64,000 bases of DNA from Candidatus Dojkabacteria bacterium (GTDB lineage Bacteria > Patescibacteriota > Dojkabacteria > B142 > JAFGMG01): the NCBI GenBank assembly GCA_016927655.1, contig JAFGMG010000010.1, positions 16,180-80,179 of the forward strand. Direction: 5' to 3'. The first letter of the stretch is position 1, and each line of letters begins with the position of its first letter. Both the position numbers and the translations under genes were made by a program. Shown one piece after another: positions 1-7,386 of the stretch. The notes under the pieces were generated by a model that saw nothing but the letters and a program-made list of their open reading frames with translations, was not told the origin of the DNA and made no database searches.

Positions 1-871
1 CTCTATATCCATTTTCCGCCATCCTTTCGCCGATTTTGCTTACCTGAGTATAAAGCTGATTATAAGTCTGCTCACTAAATCCCTCTCTATAATTGAAATC
101 ATTACCCACAGTCCCGCCCTCAAAATTAGTAAGCCCCTTTTCTCCAGTAATTTGATAGCTCAATCCAGCAATATATACATTCCCCATATAAATACAGGTA
201 TTTACTGTATATGCTTTTCCATTTACAAATTCAGCAATGCGAACAATACGCTCTGGGAATTCAGCTTGGATATTATTAAAATCATCCTCTCTGTGCAGAA
301 ATAATGTTCCCTGGCCAGTATGTCCTCTGTTAAATTGCAGTACAAGCTTTTCACCAATCTGTTTCTTAAGGCTTTTGTATTTCAAATCGGCTAGTCTGCC
401 GATAATAGTTTTTGGAAATTGAATTCCATCATTATTTAATGCCTTATATTGCGAAATTTTTTCCTCAAAAAGCCTGTTTAAATCAGAGTTTGTATTTAAT
501 AGCTTACCATCAAAAATTTCGCCCTCAATCAGTTTTTCAAATCTAGAGCTTATTTTAAATGTCTGGAAATAATTCAGAGCCTTTTTATTCTTCTCAATAT
601 ATTTTCTTGTATCTTCCTCTAGCAATAGCTTAGAAGAGTTCCTGTATAGAGAGTTTAGTTCCCCTGTCTGTTCTTCAAGTGAGAAATATTTAATGCCAGC
701 AGTTTTTAGACCTTCCAGCAGATTTGAATCGTCTACACAAATGATGTGATAAGAGTCTACCAGCCCTTCCAAACCTAAAGCCCTTTCAGGATCATTTGAA
801 ATATAGAACAATGAACTGTCTTTCAGTTTAAGATTGATTTGCTTTAGAAGAAACTCAATATTTGAGCTCAT
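1..871 (-). CDS. ATP-grasp domain protein (3' end runs off the window; not in the ORF track)
   Basis: Manual translation from ATG at 871: MSSNIEFLLKQ...FEEKISQYKAL...FPKT...LVLQFNRGHTGQGT...RIAEFVNG...GGTVGND. Open to the window edge. The P-K-T, GxxGxGT loop and EF(V)xG motifs fit an ATP-grasp fold. Confidence 0.75.
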   Translation of the reverse strand, partial: MSSNIEFLLKQINLKLKDSSLFYISNDPERALGLEGLVDSYHIICVDDSNLLEGLKTAGIKYFSLEEQTGELNSLYRNSSKLLLEEDTRKYIEKNKKALNYFQTFKISSRFEKLIEGEIFDGKLLNTNSDLNRLFEEKISQYKALNNDGIQFPKTIIGRLADLKYKSLKKQIGEKLVLQFNRGHTGQGTLFLHREDDFNNIQAEFPERIVRIAEFVNGKAYTVNTCIYMGNVYIAGLSYQITGEKGLTNFEGGTVGNDFNYREGFSEQTYNQLYTQVSKIGERMAENGYR

Positions 872-889
872 TAAAATTTTTCTTTGAAA

Positions 890-1075
890 TTATTTTTCTT
901 CCTCAATTACTTTTAGGACTTTGCCTTCTTCGCTATCTTCTGTGTACTCATATTCTATGCCGCAAAAACTGCACTCAATAACGTCTCCAAGAGCTAGTGA
1001 GTCATCAATTTCTACCTCGTTCTTGCATTCCAGGCAGACAAATGTTTTTCCGTTTGTGGTTATGGTTTCATCCAT
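890..1075 (-). CDS. LysW-like small acidic zinc-ribbon (amino-group carrier-like) protein
   Basis: 61 aa, CLEC...GDVIECSFCGIEYE pattern and high acidity as in LysW, but it ends in EEEK rather than EDWGE. Confidence 0.7.
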   Translation of the reverse strand: MDETITTNGKTFVCLECKNEVEIDDSLALGDVIECSFCGIEYEYTEDSEEGKVLKVIEEEK

Positions 1076-1115
1076 TGTTTTGATTTAACAAGTTATTTGA
1101 TATGATATCAAAATA

Positions 1116-2081
1116 ATGAATATCTGGAAATACGACAAAATAAACAAATTAATTCCGATAGAGGATCAACTGACAATTGATGAGGGCGGGACATCACTTG
1201 AGAAGATCTATTTAAATTCAAAGGAACTTGAACTTTTTGGAATAAGGGAGGCAGATACCCAGAGGGTATATCTAAAACTTGAGACACAGAATCCTAATGG
1301 ATCTTTCAAGGACCGCTCTCTTGCTTATCAAATCTCTTTTTATAAAAGTATTGGGACAAAAAAGCTTTTAATCAGTTCTTCTGGAAATGCGGCGATTTCT
1401 GCAGCTAGTTACGCAGGTCTTGCCAAAGATCTTCAGCTGGCGGTATTTATGTCGGTAGGTGCAAATCCCGAGAAAATTAAGAAACTAAACGAACTAATAT
1501 CCAAATTTTCTAATGTAGCAGTTAATTATTCAAAAAAGCCAAAGTCTGAAGCTGTAAAGTTCTCGAATTTCGGGAGTTATTTAAACCTGCGAGGCTCTCT
1601 AGATAAAAATGCCGTTATTGGCTTTAAAACAATCAGCTATGAGCTTGCTGATCAAATTCCTGGAGCTGACGCAATATTTATACCTTGCAGCTCAGGGACA
1701 AGCACTGTAGGTATTTATGAGGGCTATAGGGATCTAGAACAGAAATCACCTCAGATTCATATTGCGCAAACTTCAAAGGTCTGTCCTATTGCAAAGGAAT
1801 ATGACGTAATATACAAACCTGCAGAATCAAGCCTTGCTGATGCTATTGTTGATAGAGTTGCTCACAGGAAAAAAGAAATTATTGGAATAATTGATGAGAC
1901 AAAGGGTTTTGGCTGGATCATAGATGATGATTTACTTGAAAAATCAGTAAAATTCCTGCAGGAAAAGACTGGATTTGAAAATCTGACATACAATGGTGTT
2001 CTTTCATTTGCTTCCTGGATCAAGGCCATGAAGCAGAAGAGAAGATTTGAAAAGCCTGTTTGTGTTATTTCCGGAATCTAA
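1116..2081 (+). CDS. PLP-dependent fold type II enzyme, threonine synthase-like
   Basis: LKLETQNPNGSFKDR (PLP lysine), SSSGNAA, GFKTISYEL and PCSSGT motifs. Confidence 0.8.
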   Translation: MNIWKYDKINKLIPIEDQLTIDEGGTSLEKIYLNSKELELFGIREADTQRVYLKLETQNPNGSFKDRSLAYQISFYKSIGTKKLLISSSGNAAISAASYAGLAKDLQLAVFMSVGANPEKIKKLNELISKFSNVAVNYSKKPKSEAVKFSNFGSYLNLRGSLDKNAVIGFKTISYELADQIPGADAIFIPCSSGTSTVGIYEGYRDLEQKSPQIHIAQTSKVCPIAKEYDVIYKPAESSLADAIVDRVAHRKKEIIGIIDETKGFGWIIDDDLLEKSVKFLQEKTGFENLTYNGVLSFASWIKAMKQKRRFEKPVCVISGI

Positions 2082-2123
2082 ATATCTAATAATTGAATTC
2101 CTTTGTTTTGAGTATAACTTCCC

Positions 2124-2323
2124 GATATTACAATCTGTCTGTAAAAAATGTAACTATGTCGAAACCCTCTGACGTACTAAGTGTCACATTTAAAGTATTT
2201 GTAAAATTATTAAAATACTTTTATTGATTTATAAGGGTTTTCAAGATTAATTTGAAATTTTTTATGTTAAAACTTATCAAAATGACAGAAAGTACGTCAT
2301 GGTGTTTCAGAAGGTGTAATATC
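2124..2323 (+). ncRNA. Candidate structured non-coding RNA (long imperfect hairpin)
   Basis: GATATTACA 2124-2132 pairs with TGTAATATC 2315-2323. GAAAC-n4-TGACGTACT-n3-TGTCA (2161-2186) pairs with TGACA-n3-AGTACGTCA-n4-GTTTC (2283-2308). Inner hairpins contain G-U pairs. A -10-like TATAAC is at 2113-2118. Confidence 0.45.
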
Positions 2324-2386
2324 CTCATCAAGGACATTAATCTTTACATGGCAATTTTTTCACAAAAATAGTAAACTCATATAAAT

Positions 2387-2462
2387 GCGAACGTAGTTCA
2401 GTTGGTAGAACGCTTCCTTCCCAAGGAAGAGGTCACGAGTTCGAATCTCGCCGTTCGCTCCA
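2387..2462 (+). tRNA. tRNA-Gly(CCC)
   Basis: Acceptor GCGAACG/CGTTCGC, anticodon arm CTTCC-TTCCCAA-GGAAG, T loop TTCGAAT, discriminator T, encoded CCA. One A-C mismatch in the T stem. Confidence 0.95.
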
Positions 2463-2524
2463 TGATATTGTTTTGAATCTATTGATACAAAATAATTCTG
2501 TTAATTCAACAAAGATAGTGCAAA

Positions 2525-3085
2525 GTGATAGATTACCTAAGCATCATTCACAAATACATAAAACCAAACACAAAGCTTTACCGGAACTATATCATTCATG
2601 TCACACTTGTGACGAATAAAGCATTATCAATCGCACGTCGACTAAAACTTACTCAGAAGCAATTAGAATTTATAGAAGAAGCTGGGATGCTTCATGATAT
2701 TGGAATTTGCAAAGTCAATGCTCCTGAGATGGGGGCAAACGGGAGTCTTCCGTATCTTACACATTTAACTGAAGGACAGAAAATCCTAGAAAGGGAAGGT
2801 CTGGCAAAACATGCAAAAGTCGCACATAATCATATTGGTGTCGGACTTACAAAAGAAGAAATTACTAATCGGAATTTACCATTGCCTGTCAAGGATATCT
2901 CGCCCATGAGCATAGAAGAGAAAATAATCAGCTATGCAGATTTATTCTTTTCAAAGCGACCGAAATCTTTCTGGATAGAGAAAACTGAAGATGAAGTAAT
3001 TACAGAACTGGAACAATACGGTGAGGAGGATCTAAAGACATTTAGAAAATGGTCTGATGAACTTAGCGGAAATGATAGCCTCTAG
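2525..3085 (+). CDS. HD/HDIG domain phosphohydrolase
   Basis: H...MLHDIG...H...HNHIG...EEKIISYAD motifs. Confidence 0.85.
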   Translation: MIDYLSIIHKYIKPNTKLYRNYIIHVTLVTNKALSIARRLKLTQKQLEFIEEAGMLHDIGICKVNAPEMGANGSLPYLTHLTEGQKILEREGLAKHAKVAHNHIGVGLTKEEITNRNLPLPVKDISPMSIEEKIISYADLFFSKRPKSFWIEKTEDEVITELEQYGEEDLKTFRKWSDELSGNDSL

Positions 3086-3174
3086 AAAGTCCCTAAATAA
3101 ATATCCACTAAGGAATGTTACTTTTGTGATATACTACAGGCTAGAATGTTACGATTCTTAATTTACATAAAATA

Positions 3175-3250
3175 GCTGGGGTAGCTCAGTTGGCAGAGCA
3201 TTCCCTTCGTAAGGGAGAGGTCGCGAGTTCGACTCTCGCCCCCAGCTCCA
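3175..3250 (+). tRNA. tRNA-Thr(CGT)
   Basis: Acceptor GCTGGGG/CCCCAGC, anticodon loop TTCGTAA, T loop TTCGACT, encoded CCA. Confidence 0.95.
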
Positions 3251-3292
3251 ATTATTTTACGTTAATTTTCAGTTAAAATTATTGTATTCATT

Positions 3293-4369
3293 ATGTACGA
3301 AGCAAATTACAATATATCAAACAATATTTTAAACAGCATTGTAAAACTTGAGGTGCAGAAGAAATCCATCGAGACTGCAGCAATCGGAACAAAGCTCAGA
3401 AATCAGCTCCAAAGGCGGGCTAAAGCTTTAAATCTTTTCCATTTTGCACACATAATCGGCATAAATATCACCCTGAAGGATGCGGAGCGCCTCGCAGACG
3501 GCAAAAAACTCGTAACAGATGATGCCAGAGGAACAATTCTTAATAACTTTAGAAACGTCCTTGAATTTACCAGATCAAATGTCGCGGAGACTTATGTCGA
3601 TATTGACATAAATATCCTTATGCATTTAAACAAAATACTTCTTACTGATTGGAAGGAGTCATGGGATTCAAAATTTAGAACAGGCGGGGAAGAAGTTGAT
3701 CTAAGTTTAGAAAACTGGGCAACACTGAGAGACAAATCCATCCAGCCAGAGAGAATACAAAACGAGGTCGCTGAGCTTGTTGAATGGTACAAATCAAACA
3801 TTTCTAGAGTACACAGCCTTATCCGCGTATCAATTTTTATCTCTAGATTGATCGAAATAAGTCCATTCGTATATGCAAACAAACTTACAATCATTGCAAT
3901 TGCCGATTTTCTTCTTTACAAAAATAACTATGTCGCAAATACATTTTTGCCGACTAGTAGAAATTTCGATGTTTACGAAGATGAATATCTTGAAAGCTGG
4001 AATCAGAAACGGGCAATGGATAAATCAGAATTGACCGAATCCGAGATTGGAGTAGATCTGACACTCTGGATAGAACGTTTCACTAGAAATCTATCTAACG
4101 ATATGCTGGAAACCAGAGATGAAATTAAAAGGGAATTAAAGGAAGAAGAGAGTACAAGCAGGAAGCCTTTTCTTGATTTAAATAAGAGACAGCTAAAAAT
4201 CCTGAGATATCTTCAGACAATCCCAACAGTAAAAAGAGAAGATTATGTGCAAATGATGGATGTCAGTACAATGACAGCATTTAGAGACCTCGATGGCCTT
4301 CTCAAGAAAAGGCTTCTAAAAGTACACGGCAAAGGCAGGGGTACGAAATACATGCTTACCAATAGATAA
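3293..4369 (+). CDS. Fic-fold protein with a degenerate active site and a C-terminal winged HTH
   Basis: Fic-type N-terminus. EISPFVYANKLT sits where HPFxDGNGR is expected. The C-terminus LNKRQLKIL...VSTMTAFRDL...GKGRGTKY is HTH-like. Confidence 0.75.
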   Translation: MYEANYNISNNILNSIVKLEVQKKSIETAAIGTKLRNQLQRRAKALNLFHFAHIIGINITLKDAERLADGKKLVTDDARGTILNNFRNVLEFTRSNVAETYVDIDINILMHLNKILLTDWKESWDSKFRTGGEEVDLSLENWATLRDKSIQPERIQNEVAELVEWYKSNISRVHSLIRVSIFISRLIEISPFVYANKLTIIAIADFLLYKNNYVANTFLPTSRNFDVYEDEYLESWNQKRAMDKSELTESEIGVDLTLWIERFTRNLSNDMLETRDEIKRELKEEESTSRKPFLDLNKRQLKILRYLQTIPTVKREDYVQMMDVSTMTAFRDLDGLLKKRLLKVHGKGRGTKYMLTNR

Positions 4370-4371
4370 TT

Positions 4372-5925
4372 TTAAAGCAGTTTCCGTATAGCCTCGACGG
4401 TTTTTTTGTTGCGGACTACTGTTTGCAGGTCTTCAGATTTGGCTTTTTTAATTTTTTCCATGCTGCCAAAGGCCTTTATCAAACGTTTTTCGGTCAATGC
4501 TCCTACCCCCGGTATATCACTCAGTGACGATCTTATACTATTTTCCTCTCTAAGTTTTCTATGATATCCAATTGCAAACCTGTGCGCCTCATCCCTTATT
4601 CTCTGCAAAAGATATAGTGCTTTTGATCTTTTTGGTAGAGTTGTTTTTGAAAAGGAATTATATAATTCACCTTGTTGATCCTTTCCCTCGAGTATTTTAA
4701 ACAATTCTTCTTCCCGCTTTGCAAGTCCAAGAATTTGAATTTTCTTTTCAAGGCCGAACTTCTTCAAAATCTCGTATGAGCTGGAAAGCTGACCTTTCCC
4801 TCCATCAATTATTATTAAATCTGGCAGAGGAAGAAATTTCTGGTCTTTTTTCTTTGCACGATTTAACCTTCTGATGAGAGTTTCCTGCATCATAAAAAAG
4901 TCATCAGGCGTTTCCTTTGATTTTATTTTAAATTTTCTATATTTTGATTTGTCGGATTTCCCATTCACAAATAAAACCATTGATCCAACCGCCTGCTTTC
5001 CCTGGATATTTGAAATATCGTAGCACTCAATTCTAAAATCTTTGCTTATTTTAGTCTTTTTACCGAAAACTCTCCTGATAAGCTCTGCTTCAGTTTGCTT
5101 GAGATAATCTGTCGCGCATTCCTGCAAATCAAATTCATCTGTTCTAGATTGAACCTTGATCCTTTGTGTGACGTAAACAAGATTTTGAAGCTTGTTTCTT
5201 AGTTCGGCAGCCTTTTCGAAATTTTTTGCTTTTGCAGCGCGTTTCATTTCCAGCTCAAGATCTTCGTAAATTTCACGTTTTTCACCTCTGAAAAATTTTC
5301 TAATGTGCGATATATTTCTTTTGTGTTCAGTTTTACTTATCAGTCCCGCGCAGACTCCGCTGCAAAAACCGGTATAGTAGTCTAAACAAGGTCTCTCCTG
5401 CGCTCCAATAACTTTGACAGTCTGCTTCGCTCCAATATCAGTCTTGATATGCTTTATCTTAAAATTTGTATTGCAATATGGGAAAAGCTGCCGTAATTCA
5501 TGAAGAACTTGTTTGGCGGGAAAACTCTGAGGGAATGGGCCGAAATATTCGGCTGATTTTATACGCTTCTCTCTTACTATCTCCGGTCTTGGAAAATCAG
5601 CCTTTTTGTCAAACATCACCCAGATATAGCTTTTATCATCCTTCATCAACTTGTTGTATTTCGGCTTGTATTTTTTGATGAGGCTTGTTTCCAGTATCAG
5701 GGATTCTGTCTCTGAATCTACAAGAAGAATTTCAAGCTCAACAGCCTTCTTAAGCATACTCTTGATTTTCGGTCTCTCATCACTATTTTTCGCAAAATAT
5801 GAATTTACCCTGGCTTTGAGATTTATTGCTTTGCCAATATAGAGAATTTTCCCTTGTGTATCTTTATAAATATAGCATCCTGGCTGATTTGGTAGGTTTT
5901 GTAGATTTGTTTTTGTAATCCTCAT
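4372..5925 (-). CDS. uvrC: Excinuclease ABC subunit C
   Basis: GIY-YIG (PGCYIY...LYIGKAINL), RIECYDISN, PDLIIIDGGKGQL, RDEAHRFAI and C-terminal HhH. Start placed at ATG 5925, 6 nt after TATAAT. Confidence 0.97.
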   Translation of the reverse strand: MRITKTNLQNLPNQPGCYIYKDTQGKILYIGKAINLKARVNSYFAKNSDERPKIKSMLKKAVELEILLVDSETESLILETSLIKKYKPKYNKLMKDDKSYIWVMFDKKADFPRPEIVREKRIKSAEYFGPFPQSFPAKQVLHELRQLFPYCNTNFKIKHIKTDIGAKQTVKVIGAQERPCLDYYTGFCSGVCAGLISKTEHKRNISHIRKFFRGEKREIYEDLELEMKRAAKAKNFEKAAELRNKLQNLVYVTQRIKVQSRTDEFDLQECATDYLKQTEAELIRRVFGKKTKISKDFRIECYDISNIQGKQAVGSMVLFVNGKSDKSKYRKFKIKSKETPDDFFMMQETLIRRLNRAKKKDQKFLPLPDLIIIDGGKGQLSSSYEILKKFGLEKKIQILGLAKREEELFKILEGKDQQGELYNSFSKTTLPKRSKALYLLQRIRDEAHRFAIGYHRKLREENSIRSSLSDIPGVGALTEKRLIKAFGSMEKIKKAKSEDLQTVVRNKKTVEAIRKLL

Positions 5926-5932
5926 GAGGCTA

Positions 5933-6148
5933 TTATACCTCAGTTTCAAGAGCTCTTCTGTAGTTTTTTGTCTCGTTTTCGTAAATATAAATTCTTCCGC
6001 AGACACATTCAACGCGAACAGTGCCGTTTGGTCTTGGATCTCTATTTGTAAGAGAGTCTAGTTTCCTAGTACATGCTGGACAATAGTTCTTCTGAAGAAG
6101 AACGTCCTGCATTGGACTTATTAATTTTTTAAGTAGGTTTTTAGCCAC
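5933..6148 (-). CDS. Small zinc-ribbon protein, start uncertain
   Basis: CPAC...ECVCGRIY. Fills the gap co-directionally upstream of uvrC. Confidence 0.55.
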   Translation of the reverse strand: MAKNLLKKLISPMQDVLLQKNYCPACTRKLDSLTNRDPRPNGTVRVECVCGRIYIYENETKNYRRALETEV

Positions 6149-6233
6149 GAAAATTCCTGTAATTAATTTAATGTTATCACGTTTGACACAGACGTGGAAG
6201 TATAGCACAATAAACTATCTAATTTGGAAATAA

Positions 6234-7376
6234 ATGAGACTTGATGACATTTTGGCTTTTTCAGTTCTAAATCTGCTTATCAGTTTCCTGATTGCTTTCC
6301 CAATTATTACACTTCTTTATAGATTCGGTATTGTGCGTCAAATTGACGTCGATTTTTCTACTTTGATTGAAAAAAGAAAATTAAAGGTCGGAACGCCGAT
6401 TATGGGAGGGTTGATAATTATAATTGCTGTTGCTCTGACTAATCTTGCTTTTAACTGGAATGGAAGTACAAAAATTCCGCTTCTTGTATTTTTAATATCT
6501 GCAGCACTAGGAGCTTTTGATGATGTTCTAAATATTTATGGAAAGGAAAGAAGGGTGAAAACTCTTGATCGCATATGGAAGCTGATAAAAGTCCATAGAA
6601 ATAAATTAACTAGAATAAAGTATTTTCTACTGCTTCCCTGGTACGCGTATAAAAGACTGTTTTTTATTCTTGGATCTAATCCTGGTAAAGGAATCCAGGC
6701 TCATGAAAAAGTTATTATCCAATTGGTTGCCGGAGTCCTGTTGGGATGGTGGGTTTACTTTCGAACTGGCTGGGATATGCCTGGTCAATTAGACTTTTTC
6801 CAACTGGGGACTCTTGACATTGGATATTTAATAATTCCTTTCGCTGCACTTGTCGTGGTTGCCATGGCGAATGCTGTAAATCTTTCTGATGGAATGGACG
6901 GACTAGCCGCAGGTCTTCTTTTCCCTGCATTTGGGGCTCTTTTTGTAATTGCATTTCATCAGGAAGTAATGCTTAAACTTGTAAGCCGGGAGGGAATTGA
7001 TATGATTCCAATGACTTTGCTTTCTGTCTCTGTTATGGCTTCATTGATTAGTTATTTATACTTCAATATTCCACCAGCAAGGTTTCAAATGGGAGATGTC
7101 GGCTCTCTTGCTCTTGGGACACTTTTTGCTGCGATTGCATTTGCTCTTCAAGTGCCGATGCTCCTTCCTATTATTGGCTTTCCCTTTGTTGCTGAGATCG
7201 GGGCCTCCCTTATTCAAGGGCTGGCAAGAAGAGTAATAGGCAGAAGAGTATTCAAAATGGCTCCGCTTCATCATCATTTTGAGCTATTGGGCTGGAGCGA
7301 GGAAAAAGTCACAATGAGATTTTGGTTAGCAGGTATCGTCTGCGCTATGTTTGGGTTGTTTGTGTATTTTGTGTGA
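6234..7376 (+). CDS. mraY: Phospho-N-acetylmuramoyl-pentapeptide transferase
   Basis: GTPIMGG, GAFDD, NAVNLSDGMDGL, MGDVGS and MAPLHHHFEL motifs. Confidence 0.95.
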   Translation: MRLDDILAFSVLNLLISFLIAFPIITLLYRFGIVRQIDVDFSTLIEKRKLKVGTPIMGGLIIIIAVALTNLAFNWNGSTKIPLLVFLISAALGAFDDVLNIYGKERRVKTLDRIWKLIKVHRNKLTRIKYFLLLPWYAYKRLFFILGSNPGKGIQAHEKVIIQLVAGVLLGWWVYFRTGWDMPGQLDFFQLGTLDIGYLIIPFAALVVVAMANAVNLSDGMDGLAAGLLFPAFGALFVIAFHQEVMLKLVSREGIDMIPMTLLSVSVMASLISYLYFNIPPARFQMGDVGSLALGTLFAAIAFALQVPMLLPIIGFPFVAEIGASLIQGLARRVIGRRVFKMAPLHHHFELLGWSEEKVTMRFWLAGIVCAMFGLFVYFV

Positions 7377-7386
7377 TAATGTCTAC

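Noticed and set aside
2387-4369. tRNA-anchored genomic island (HD and Fic genes beside tRNA-Gly and tRNA-Thr)
   Set aside because: No integrase and no duplicated tRNA end were found.
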